Assembly: GCA_963822965.1 (NCBI GenBank)
Contig: CAWGJT010000010.1
Coordinates: 96,001-160,000 of the forward strand
Reading direction: 5' to 3'
Length of the DNA: 64,000 nucleotides
Origin: an uncultured delta proteobacterium
GTDB lineage: Bacteria; Myxococcota_A; UBA9160; UBA4427
Below the pieces are notes generated by a model. It was not told where the DNA came from, did no database searches, and was given only the letters and a program-made list of their open reading frames with translations. Below are positions 1-8,468 of this stretch, piece by piece (positions within the stretch are counted from its first letter, which is position 1; each line of letters opens with the position of its first letter). The position numbers and the translations under genes are program-made.

Positions 1-2
1 GC

Positions 3-3000
3 TACGTCGACGCCAGCGACGGGCTCCGCATCGACAGCGCGCGGCTCGAGGCCGGCGAGCTCTTCTACGTGGGGACGGAGGCGACCCAGGTCGTCCTCAG
101 CCAGGGAACGGCGAGCAGTGCGACGATCTTCGCTCCCGGCTACCAGAGCCGTGGCACCCTGCGGGTCGAGGTGACCAACGCAGGCACGGGGACCTTCGTC
201 GCGGATCGCGTCTCCATCCGGCGGGTCGGTGAGACGCTTCCGTACCAGCTGCTCGACGTGAGCGACGACCCGCTCGGGAACGACGAGTACGAGATCATCC
301 TCCCCGGCGTCGCCGTCGCAGACGACTCCTCGACGAGCCTCGTACACGAGGGCGTGTTCTACGCCGGCGACCCTACGGCGCCCATCATCGAGTCGGTCGT
401 GTACGACAATCCCGCCGTGAGCTACGTCGTCCAGGCAACCGACGCCGACGGCGACACCCTGCTCTTCACCTACGAGAGCTCGAGCCCGGACCTGGTGGTG
501 AGCCCGTCGGGCTCGACGTTCACGGTGACACCCCTCACGAGCGACGGTGCCGCGCAGGTGCTCGTGACCGCGCACGATCGTGCCAACGCGCTGGGCCCCC
601 AGGGTCGCACCCACACCTACGCGGTCGACGTCACCTGGGGAGACGCGGTCACGCTGTCGGGCACGAAGTACGAGGAGGTGGGCGGCCTCGGGACGCGCGC
701 GCTCTTCGACGGCACCGCCGTCGACCAGGGCGCCTTCGCGCCCGGCAGCCAGAGCCTCTATCCCAGCTTCGGCGCGCGGGGGATGGCGACGATCGGCGAC
801 ATCGACGGCGACGGCATCGAGGACGTCGCGGTGGGCGCGCCGACCGCCCAGGGCTGGGGGGAGCTCGTACTGGTGACGCTCCAGGCCGACGGCACGGTCA
901 AGTCGACGACGGCCATCGGCGTGCCGCCGCTGGTGCCGTCCCCCCCGCCGGGCGTGGACGGTCTCAATCTCAACGACGGCTTCGGATTCTCCGTGGCCGG
1001 CCTGGGCGACCTCGACGGCGACGGGGGGATGGAGCTGGTCGTGGGCGCCCCCGGCACGCGCGACTCGTTCGGGATCACGAGCGGGGCGGTGTGGATCGTG
1101 TCGCTCGACGCGTCCGGCGCGTTCCTCTCCGCAAGCCGGATCGACGGCGACGACCTGGGTCTGCACTCCTTCGCCAACCTGGGTCAGTCGGTCGCGCCGC
1201 TCGGAGACGTCGACGGGAACGGGACCTTCGAGGTCGCCGTCGGTGCGCCGGGCATCAGCCAGGTCTACATCCTCTCGCTCGACTCGAGCGGCGGCTTCTC
1301 GCTCGCAGCGCAGATGACCTCGCCCTTCGGCGGCGGCTTCGGACAGGCCCTCGCGGCCCCGGGCGATCTCGACGGCGACGGGGTGGGCGACTTCGCCGTG
1401 GGCGACGGCAATCGCGTCGTGATCGGCCTGCTCAACGCCGACCTGTCGCTGAAGGGCTACTCCGACGTCTTCGGCGGCTCGGGCAGCCCGAGCTTCGCCA
1501 CCACCCTCGCTTCGATCGGCGACGTGGACGGGGACGGTCACGTCGACCTCGGCGTCGGAGACCCCGCGTCGCCTGGCATCCTCACGGTGCTCAGCCTCGA
1601 CGGCGCGGGCGGGGTCGCGCGAGCGACGCAGCTGAGCGTCTCCGGGCTTCCGAGCGCCTCCTTCTTCGGCGGCTCCCTGGTGTCCCTCGGCGACCGCGAC
1701 GGGGACGGCAGCCAGGAGTGGCTGGTCGGCTATCGCAGCAGTAGCAACGACGTCCGCGTGCTCTCGGTTCCCGCCGGCCTCGACTTCGGCGGCTTCCGCC
1801 AGACGTTCACGGGCGACGTCCTCGGCGGGACGCAGATCGACGGCTCGAATCTCGCGGGTCCGGGGGCCAGCGACGAGCTCGGGAGCGCCGTCGCCGTGCT
1901 CGGTGACCTCGACGGCGACGGCGTCGACGACCTGGCCGTGGGCGCCCCTGGAACCGCCGATGTCGGTCATGTCGAGCAGGGCGCGGTCTGGGTGCTGCGG
2001 ATGAACGCGGACGGCAGCGTCAAGGCGTCCTTCGAGATCGACACCGGCGAGCTCGGGCTCGCGGACTTCGAGCGCTTCGGCACCAGCGTCGAAGCCATCG
2101 GCGACATCGACGGCGACGGCGTGCCGGACATGGCGGTGGGCTCGTTGCTCGCGGAGGGCGAGGTCCGCCTGGTGCGCCTGAACGCGGACGGCAGCGTGAA
2201 GAGCGCGACCGCGATCGGGGCCGGTCAGGGCGGCTTCACGGATCCGCTGGCGGTGGGCGACCATTTCGGCTCGGCGATTGCCAGCATCGGCGACCTCGAC
2301 GGCGACGGCGTGCGCGACCTGGTGGTGGGCGCTGACGCCCACGACGGCACCGGGGCCGTGTGGCTGCTGCTGATGAACGCCGACGGCACGGTGAAGAGCT
2401 CGCACGGGATCGAGAACGGGATCGGCGGCTTCGACGGCGCCCTCGCCCTGGGAGACCGCTTCGGTGCGGCGCTGACCGCCCCGGGCGACGTGGACGGCGA
2501 CGGTATCCCGGATCTCGCCGTCGGCGCGCCCAGCGACCCGGCCTTCTCGGCGGATCCGGGCGCGGCGTGGCTGCTCTTCCTGAACACCGACGGCAGCGTT
2601 CGCGAGGGCCGGCGCATCACCGCCGGGTCGGGCGGCCTCACGCTGTCTGCGAGTGCCTCGTTCGGCGCGGCGCTCGCCGCCCTCGGCGACGTGGACGGCG
2701 ACGGGGTGCCGGACCTCGCGGTGGGCGCGCCGGACGAAGACCCGGTGTTCGGGGCGACCAGCGGGATGATGTACGCGCTGCTCCTGCACCCCGACGGCGG
2801 GGTCAAGGGCTTCGCACCTCTGGGCGTCACGACCTCCCTGGGCATCCAGCCCGGCGAGCACTTCGGCTCGGCGATCGCGTCCCTCGGCGACGCCGACGGG
2901 GACGGCACGGTTCGCTGGCTCGTGGGCGCGCCGTACCCGGGCACGGGCGGCATCGTGCGGAGCCTCGAGCTGCAGCAGGGCGAGCCCGGGCTCGAGGGCT

Positions 3001-6000
3001 TCGTGATCTTCGAGGACGCGAACGGCGACGGGATCCTCGACCCCGTGACCGAGCGCTTCACCGTGAGCGACGTGAACGGGAGCTGGACGCTGGCCGACCT
3101 GGCGCCGGGCGGGGACGGCGCCCTTGTCGAGGTGCCCCAGGGTGGGTGGGTCGCCACCGGCGCGCCGGACCGGCAGACCGTGACCGCTCCGGTGTCTGGC
3201 GGCCTCGACTTCGGCAACCGCCGTGTGCTCGACGCAGGTCGTGACCTCACGGCCACCGAGGGCAACCTCGTCACGCTCTCCGACGGTCTGTTCGTCGATC
3301 CGGATCCCGGGGCCGGCGGCACGTTCCTCTACCACTGGGACATCGTGCGCAACGGTCAGACGGTGGCCTCGACGTCGCCCACCGCGCTCGCGCCCGGGGC
3401 GGTGCCCGACTTCGCGTTCGTCGTGGAGGACGACGGCATCCACGTCGCGACGCTCACGATCGAGAACTCCGCGCGCGGGACGAGCTACAGCGACACCCGG
3501 CGCATCGTCGTCGCCAACGCCGCCCCGGTCGTGAGCCTGGTGCCCACGGCGCTCTCCGGCGTCGAGGGCGACGCGATCGGGTTCACGGGATTCTTCACCG
3601 ACGCGGGCTTCCCGCCGGGAGCGGTGGCGACCGAAACGCACACGCTCGTCTGGCGCGTCTTCGAGGTGGGCGGCACCCCGGACCCGATCCTGGTCGACGA
3701 CACGAGCGGCTTCGGCTTCGCGTTCACGCTCCCCGATGAGGGCAGCTTCCGGGTCGAGCTTTTGGTGACCGACGACGAGGGCGCCACGGGAACCGGCGAC
3801 GTGATCCTGACCGCGAGCAATGCGGATCCGCAGGTCCTGCTCCCCGATCCGGGTGCGGTCTTCGAGGGCGAGGTCGTGAGCTTCGTCGCGCCGTTCTTCG
3901 ATCCCGGGCCGGCCGACGCCGGCGAGCTGACGGCCCTGTGGCAGGTTTCGAGCGACAACGGGCAGGTGATCGCCGACTTCACGGGCCCGGATTTCTCGTT
4001 CGTGCCGGTGGACCAGGGCCCGTACACGATCACGCTCACCGTGGACGACCTGGACGGGGGCGAGGGCGTCGACTCCCTGGTGCTGAATGTGAGCAACCGC
4101 GCGCCGGTGGTCACGGTCCCCGCCGACTTCAGCGTCCTGGAAGGCGACGTCGTGAACGTGGTCGGCAGCTTCACGGACGCGGGTGCGAACGACCCCGCCA
4201 CCCTGCTCTGGCAGGTCTTCGCCAGCAACGGCCAGGTCGTGCCCGACGGCACGACCGCTGGCTTCAGCTTCGTGCCCGACGACGAGGGCACCTACCAGCT
4301 GGTCTTCTCGGTAGACGACGGGACCGACGTCACCCAGCAGTCGCTCTTCGTCACGGTCGGCAATGCGCCGCCCGCGCCGCGCATCGACCCGGCGGCCTCG
4401 CTCGAGGGCGTGGTCGAGGGGGCGCTCCTCGACTTCAGCGCCTTCGCGAACGACCCCGGCGCGAACGATCCCCTGAGCTACCTGTGGGAGGTGATGCGCG
4501 ACGGCGGCCCGGTAATCGCGACCGGTGCGCTGGCCGACTTCGCGTACACGCCCGGCGACCAGGGTGCATACACGCTGCGCCTCACGGTCGGCGACGGGGT
4601 CGACGACGTGTCGACGGAGATCGCCTTCGACGTTGCCAACGTGGCGCCGACGGTCGACCTCGGCCCCGATTTCAGCCTTCCCGAGGGCACGACGATCCCG
4701 AGCTTCCAGGCGATCCTGGGCTCCACCTTCTCCGACCCCGGCAGCGAGGACACCCACACGTTCCAGTGGAGCGTGGTCGCCGACAACGGCCAGGTGGTCC
4801 CCCCCGCCAGCGCGAACGTCTTCGATCTCGTGCCCCAGGACGACGGCGTCTATCTGGTGGCCCTGCGGGTCACCGACGACGACGGGGGGATCGGCGCGGA
4901 CACCCTGCGGCTGACCGTCACCAACGTGGCGCCCAGCGTGACGATCGATCCCGCCGGGCCGGCCGACGAGAACGCGATCGTGACGCTCTCGGGTCGGGTC
5001 ACCGACGTGCCGAGCGACCCGCTCACGGCTCGCATCGAGTTCGGCGACGGTGGCGAGTCCCCGCTGCTGCTCGCCCCGGACGGCAGCTTCGCCATCCAGC
5101 ACGTCTATGCCGACCAGGGGGTCTTTGCGGTTCGGGTGGTCGCCCTGGACGACGACGGCGCCGAAGGCCAGGCGACCCTGCCGCTCACGATCAACGACGT
5201 ACCCGTCGATCCCGACATCAACCGCGACGGTAACGTCGACGCCTTCGACCTGGCGGCGCTGCGGGCGCTCTTCTACACCCGCAACGCGGGCGCCGATCTG
5301 AACGACGACGGCTTCGTCAACGCGGGCGACCTGCGGGTGCTGCTCGACGCGCTGGCGTCTGCCGCCCAGGCCGGGGGCCAGATCGCCGCGAGCACGACGA
5401 TCGGTATCGAGAGCTCGCCCGAGGCGGTGGCAGGTGCCGCCGACCCGATCCTCGGCAGCGTATCGGCAGTGCCGGGCCCGCTGGAGACGGTCCGCGCGTC
5501 CGCCCCGGAGGCGTCCGCCGTGTCCGCCCCGGAGACGGTTGCGGTGTCTGCCCCGGAGACGGTTGTGGTGTCCGCCCCGGAGACGGCCAGGTCGCCGGCC
5601 GCAGAGCCCGCACCGCTTGGCGCCGTATTCCCGACGAGCGACATCCGTCTGGGCTTCTCCATCGCCGAGCGTCTGCGCCTGCTGTCGCTCCAGCAGCGCG
5701 TCCTGGTCGAGAGCGGCCGGCATCGCGAGCACGGAGACGGCCAGCACGAACACGGCCAGCACGAACATGGAGAGCGCGAGGAGCATGCGCACGGGAGCGC
5801 ACGAGCAGACTACCAGGTCCGAATCGTGGCGCGAGACGACGGGTCGGCCGGCACGCCGGCGGAAGGCGACGTCGGACGGAGGCCGGCAGACGAGCGCAGC
5901 GAGGCGCGGCGCGATCGGGAGCGGGTCTCCGATCCCGGCGATCCGACTGGCGAGATGCTGCCGGACGATGACGCCCAGCCGCTCGAAGGAGCCGGCTGGA

Positions 6001-6050
6001 TCCGATCCTTGCTGCACGGGCTGCGCCTGCCGAGCAGCCCGCGACCGTGA
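3..6050 (+). CDS. Giant secreted/surface protein, 5'-truncated by the window edge: FG-GAP (integrin-alpha-like) beta-propellers, SdrD-B-like domain, about 6 PKD-like Ig repeats, dockerin-like domain, low-complexity tail
   Basis: Frame is open from base 3 (YVDASDGLRIDS...). Many FG-x-x...GDLDGDGxxDLAVGAP repeats; GEPGLEG..EDANGDG..DFGN; repeated NxAP..W..F.PxDxGxY..L.V.D units; paired DINRDGNVDAFDL/DLNDDGFVNAGDL. Confidence 0.9.
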   Translation, partial: YVDASDGLRIDSARLEAGELFYVGTEATQVVLSQGTASSATIFAPGYQSRGTLRVEVTNAGTGTFVADRVSIRRVGETLPYQLLDVSDDPLGNDEYEIILPGVAVADDSSTSLVHEGVFYAGDPTAPIIESVVYDNPAVSYVVQATDADGDTLLFTYESSSPDLVVSPSGSTFTVTPLTSDGAAQVLVTAHDRANALGPQGRTHTYAVDVTWGDAVTLSGTKYEEVGGLGTRALFDGTAVDQGAFAPGSQSLYPSFGARGMATIGDIDGDGIEDVAVGAPTAQGWGELVLVTLQADGTVKSTTAIGVPPLVPSPPPGVDGLNLNDGFGFSVAGLGDLDGDGGMELVVGAPGTRDSFGITSGAVWIVSLDASGAFLSASRIDGDDLGLHSFANLGQSVAPLGDVDGNGTFEVAVGAPGISQVYILSLDSSGGFSLAAQMTSPFGGGFGQALAAPGDLDGDGVGDFAVGDGNRVVIGLLNADLSLKGYSDVFGGSGSPSFATTLASIGDVDGDGHVDLGVGDPASPGILTVLSLDGAGGVARATQLSVSGLPSASFFGGSLVSLGDRDGDGSQEWLVGYRSSSNDVRVLSVPAGLDFGGFRQTFTGDVLGGTQIDGSNLAGPGASDELGSAVAVLGDLDGDGVDDLAVGAPGTADVGHVEQGAVWVLRMNADGSVKASFEIDTGELGLADFERFGTSVEAIGDIDGDGVPDMAVGSLLAEGEVRLVRLNADGSVKSATAIGAGQGGFTDPLAVGDHFGSAIASIGDLDGDGVRDLVVGADAHDGTGAVWLLLMNADGTVKSSHGIENGIGGFDGALALGDRFGAALTAPGDVDGDGIPDLAVGAPSDPAFSADPGAAWLLFLNTDGSVREGRRITAGSGGLTLSASASFGAALAALGDVDGDGVPDLAVGAPDEDPVFGATSGMMYALLLHPDGGVKGFAPLGVTTSLGIQPGEHFGSAIASLGDADGDGTVRWLVGAPYPGTGGIVRSLELQQGEPGLEGFVIFEDANGDGILDPVTERFTVSDVNGSWTLADLAPGGDGALVEVPQGGWVATGAPDRQTVTAPVSGGLDFGNRRVLDAGRDLTATEGNLVTLSDGLFVDPDPGAGGTFLYHWDIVRNGQTVASTSPTALAPGAVPDFAFVVEDDGIHVATLTIENSARGTSYSDTRRIVVANAAPVVSLVPTALSGVEGDAIGFTGFFTDAGFPPGAVATETHTLVWRVFEVGGTPDPILVDDTSGFGFAFTLPDEGSFRVELLVTDDEGATGTGDVILTASNADPQVLLPDPGAVFEGEVVSFVAPFFDPGPADAGELTALWQVSSDNGQVIADFTGPDFSFVPVDQGPYTITLTVDDLDGGEGVDSLVLNVSNRAPVVTVPADFSVLEGDVVNVVGSFTDAGANDPATLLWQVFASNGQVVPDGTTAGFSFVPDDEGTYQLVFSVDDGTDVTQQSLFVTVGNAPPAPRIDPAASLEGVVEGALLDFSAFANDPGANDPLSYLWEVMRDGGPVIATGALADFAYTPGDQGAYTLRLTVGDGVDDVSTEIAFDVANVAPTVDLGPDFSLPEGTTIPSFQAILGSTFSDPGSEDTHTFQWSVVADNGQVVPPASANVFDLVPQDDGVYLVALRVTDDDGGIGADTLRLTVTNVAPSVTIDPAGPADENAIVTLSGRVTDVPSDPLTARIEFGDGGESPLLLAPDGSFAIQHVYADQGVFAVRVVALDDDGAEGQATLPLTINDVPVDPDINRDGNVDAFDLAALRALFYTRNAGADLNDDGFVNAGDLRVLLDALASAAQAGGQIAASTTIGIESSPEAVAGAADPILGSVSAVPGPLETVRASAPEASAVSAPETVAVSAPETVVVSAPETARSPAAEPAPLGAVFPTSDIRLGFSIAERLRLLSLQQRVLVESGRHREHGDGQHEHGQHEHGEREEHAHGSARADYQVRIVARDDGSAGTPAEGDVGRRPADERSEARRDRERVSDPGDPTGEMLPDDDAQPLEGAGWIRSLLHGLRLPSSPRP
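5496..5587 (+). repeat. In-frame 24-bp tandem repeat (4x, xSAPExxx) in the giant protein linker
   Basis: gtc(c/t)gccccggag at 5498, 5522, 5546 and 5570. Confidence 0.8.
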
Positions 6051-6159
6051 GCTCCGGTCCCGAGAGGCGCGAAGACAGGAGCGGAAGCAGGAGTTTCAGG
6101 AGCCAGGGAAACCCGGCCACCACACACCAAGGCACCGCAAACCAGGAAGAGAGGAGATC

Positions 6160-6492
6160 ATGGCAGATTTGGCCAAGGCGACGAAGGTGAAGCCGCGCGA
6201 CCGGGCCGTCCCGCAGGTCCAGTGGGACGACAGCCAGATGCAGAGCTCCTACGCGAACGTCTGCAACGCAGTGAGCACGCGCGAGGAGTTCGTGCTCTTC
6301 TTCGGAACCAACCAGGCCTGGAAGGGCGACGAGGAGGCGGTGACCGTGCGGCTGAGCGATCGCATCATCCTGAGCCCCTTCGCGGCCAAGCGCCTGCTCG
6401 CGATCCTGACCAACGTCGTCTCGCAGTATGAGAAGCGGTTCGGAGCACTGGGGGTGACGGGGCAGATTCCGACACCGACGGGCAACGACTGA
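6160..6492 (+). CDS. DUF3467 family protein (110 aa)
   Basis: GAGGAG RBS at 6151-6156, ATG at 6160; WDDSQMQSSYANVCN...EEFVLFFG...RIILSPFAAKRL...YEKRFG is typical of DUF3467. Confidence 0.85.
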   Translation: MADLAKATKVKPRDRAVPQVQWDDSQMQSSYANVCNAVSTREEFVLFFGTNQAWKGDEEAVTVRLSDRIILSPFAAKRLLAILTNVVSQYEKRFGALGVTGQIPTPTGND

Positions 6493-6526
6493 TCACGGCG
6501 TCGCAGCGAGTCGGCTGAGGTCCAGG

Positions 6527-8416
6527 ATGATGGAGTCTGCGGAGGGTCGAGGCGCCCGCGTGCGCGAGCTCGGGCGGGCGACGGCGGCTTCGGAAGAGCG
6601 GCTGCTCTGGATGCGTCTGCGGGACGCACCGAACGTCGGCGTCCTCCACGCGAGCTGGCTGGCCCTGCAGTGCCGCTTCCTGGACGGGTCACTCGCCGGA
6701 GCGCTCTTTCTGGAGGCTGGGCGCGACCGCGATCTGCGTCCCATCGCAACGTGGCCGAGCGAGAGCGCCAACGCGCCGCTCGAGCTGGCGGCGCGCCGGG
6801 CCCGGGACGAGGGGCACGGGATCGCGCTCGAGCTCGACGCGCCGGCTGCCGCGGCTGGCGATGCGCCGCGCTGCGTCGTCGCACAGCCGGTGCGTACCGC
6901 GGACGGAGGCCGGGGCGCCGTGGCGGTCGAGGTCGTCCGTCGTCCCGCCGAGGCGCTCGAGGGGATCGTGCGTCGACTGGCGTGGGGCACTGCGCGCCTC
7001 GAGCTCGAGGCGGAGCGGGCGCGGAGCGCGGTGGCCGGCCGCCTGGAGAGCCTGCTGCAGCTCGTGGCGGCTCCACTCGAGCACGACCGCTTCCGCACGG
7101 CGGCGACGGCTTTCGCCAGCGAGCTCGCCAGCCAGCTCGCTTGCGACCGGGTGAGCTTCGGCACCTTCGAGGGCCGGAGCGTGACGGTGCGGGCGGTCTC
7201 GCACAGCGCGCACTTCGCCGAGCGGGCGAATCTCACCCGGGCGGTGGAGGCGGCGATGAACGAGGCCCTCGATCAGGAGGGCATCGTCGTCTGGCCGCCG
7301 CCCGAGGACGATCTCCCGGGCGTGGCCCGGGGACTGATCACCCGGGCCCACGAGCGGCTCGCAGTCGAGTCCCGCGCGAGGAGCTTGTGCAGCGTTCCGC
7401 TCGCCCACGGCGGTCGCTTCTGTGGCGTCGTGACCTGCGAGCGGGGCGATGACAGGCCCTTCGACGCCGGGGAGGTCGAGCTCCTCGAGGCCGCTGTCGC
7501 CCTGGCAGGACCGCTCCTCGACATCCAGCGCCGCGACGATCGCTGGATCGGACCGAAGCTCCTCGACGCGGGGCGCAGGGGCGTGGGGGAGCTGCTCGGT
7601 CCGCGTCACCTCGGGGTCAAGCTGGTCGCGGGGCTCGCAGCCTGCGCGCTGCTGCTGCTCGTGCTCGCCAGCGGGGAGTTTCGCGTGAGCGCCGACGCCA
7701 GGCTCGAGGCGGAAGAGCTGCGCGCCGCGGTCGCGCCCTTCGATGGATACGTCCTCGAGGCGCCGGTGCGGGCGGGTGACACGGTCAAGGCCGGCGATCT
7801 GCTCGCGCGCCTCGACGACCGGGACCTCGTCCTCGAGCGAGCGCGTTGGCGCAGCGAGCTACTGCAGCTCGAGCCCCAGGTGCGAGAGGCCATGGCCAAT
7901 CGAAACGTCTCGGAGCTGCGCGCGCTCCAGGCACGCACCGACCAGGCTCGCGCGCAGCTCGCCCTGGCAGACGGTCGCCTGGCCAAGACCCGCCTCCTCG
8001 CGGCTTTCGACGGGGTGGTCGCGACGGGCGACCTCTCGCAGCGCCTCGGTGCACCGGTCAACCGCGGCGACGTGCTCTTCGAGGTGGCCCCGCTCGATGC
8101 CTATCGGTTGGCCCTCGAGGTCGACGAGAAGGACATCGAGGAGCTCCGCCCCGGCCAGCGCGGGGAGCTTCTCTTCACGGCGCTGCCCGGCCAGAGCCTC
8201 GGCTTCGAGGTCGAGACGATCACGCCGGTCTCGCAGGCAGGGGAAGGGCGAAACGCCTTCCGCGTCGAGGCGCGCCTCGACGAGACCCTACCTCGCCTGC
8301 GACCCGGGATGGAGGGCGTGGCCAAGGTGGAGATCGGCCGGCGCCGACTGCTGTGGATCTGGACGCGAGAGGCCGTCGACTCGTTCCGGCTGACCGCCTG
8401 GAGATGGCTGCCGTGA
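6527..8416 (+). CDS. GAF-domain HlyD-family membrane fusion (periplasmic adaptor) protein
   Basis: N-terminal GAF-like segments (CDRVSFG, SLCSVPL..G..CGVVTCER), one TM helix, lipoyl half-motifs APFDG..V.AGD.V..GD.L / AAFDGVV, coiled coil, LRPGMEG barrel motif. Confidence 0.85.
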   Translation: MMESAEGRGARVRELGRATAASEERLLWMRLRDAPNVGVLHASWLALQCRFLDGSLAGALFLEAGRDRDLRPIATWPSESANAPLELAARRARDEGHGIALELDAPAAAAGDAPRCVVAQPVRTADGGRGAVAVEVVRRPAEALEGIVRRLAWGTARLELEAERARSAVAGRLESLLQLVAAPLEHDRFRTAATAFASELASQLACDRVSFGTFEGRSVTVRAVSHSAHFAERANLTRAVEAAMNEALDQEGIVVWPPPEDDLPGVARGLITRAHERLAVESRARSLCSVPLAHGGRFCGVVTCERGDDRPFDAGEVELLEAAVALAGPLLDIQRRDDRWIGPKLLDAGRRGVGELLGPRHLGVKLVAGLAACALLLLVLASGEFRVSADARLEAEELRAAVAPFDGYVLEAPVRAGDTVKAGDLLARLDDRDLVLERARWRSELLQLEPQVREAMANRNVSELRALQARTDQARAQLALADGRLAKTRLLAAFDGVVATGDLSQRLGAPVNRGDVLFEVAPLDAYRLALEVDEKDIEELRPGQRGELLFTALPGQSLGFEVETITPVSQAGEGRNAFRVEARLDETLPRLRPGMEGVAKVEIGRRRLLWIWTREAVDSFRLTAWRWLP

Positions 8417-8468
8417 GAGCGCTCCCGCGATCGGGCCGTCGTGAGGGGACCCTCGTGAGAGGACCGTC

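Noticed and set aside
5434..6492. 352-aa version of the DUF3467 ORF
   Set aside because: It overlaps the giant gene; the RBS and ATG at 6151-6162 define a 110-aa protein.
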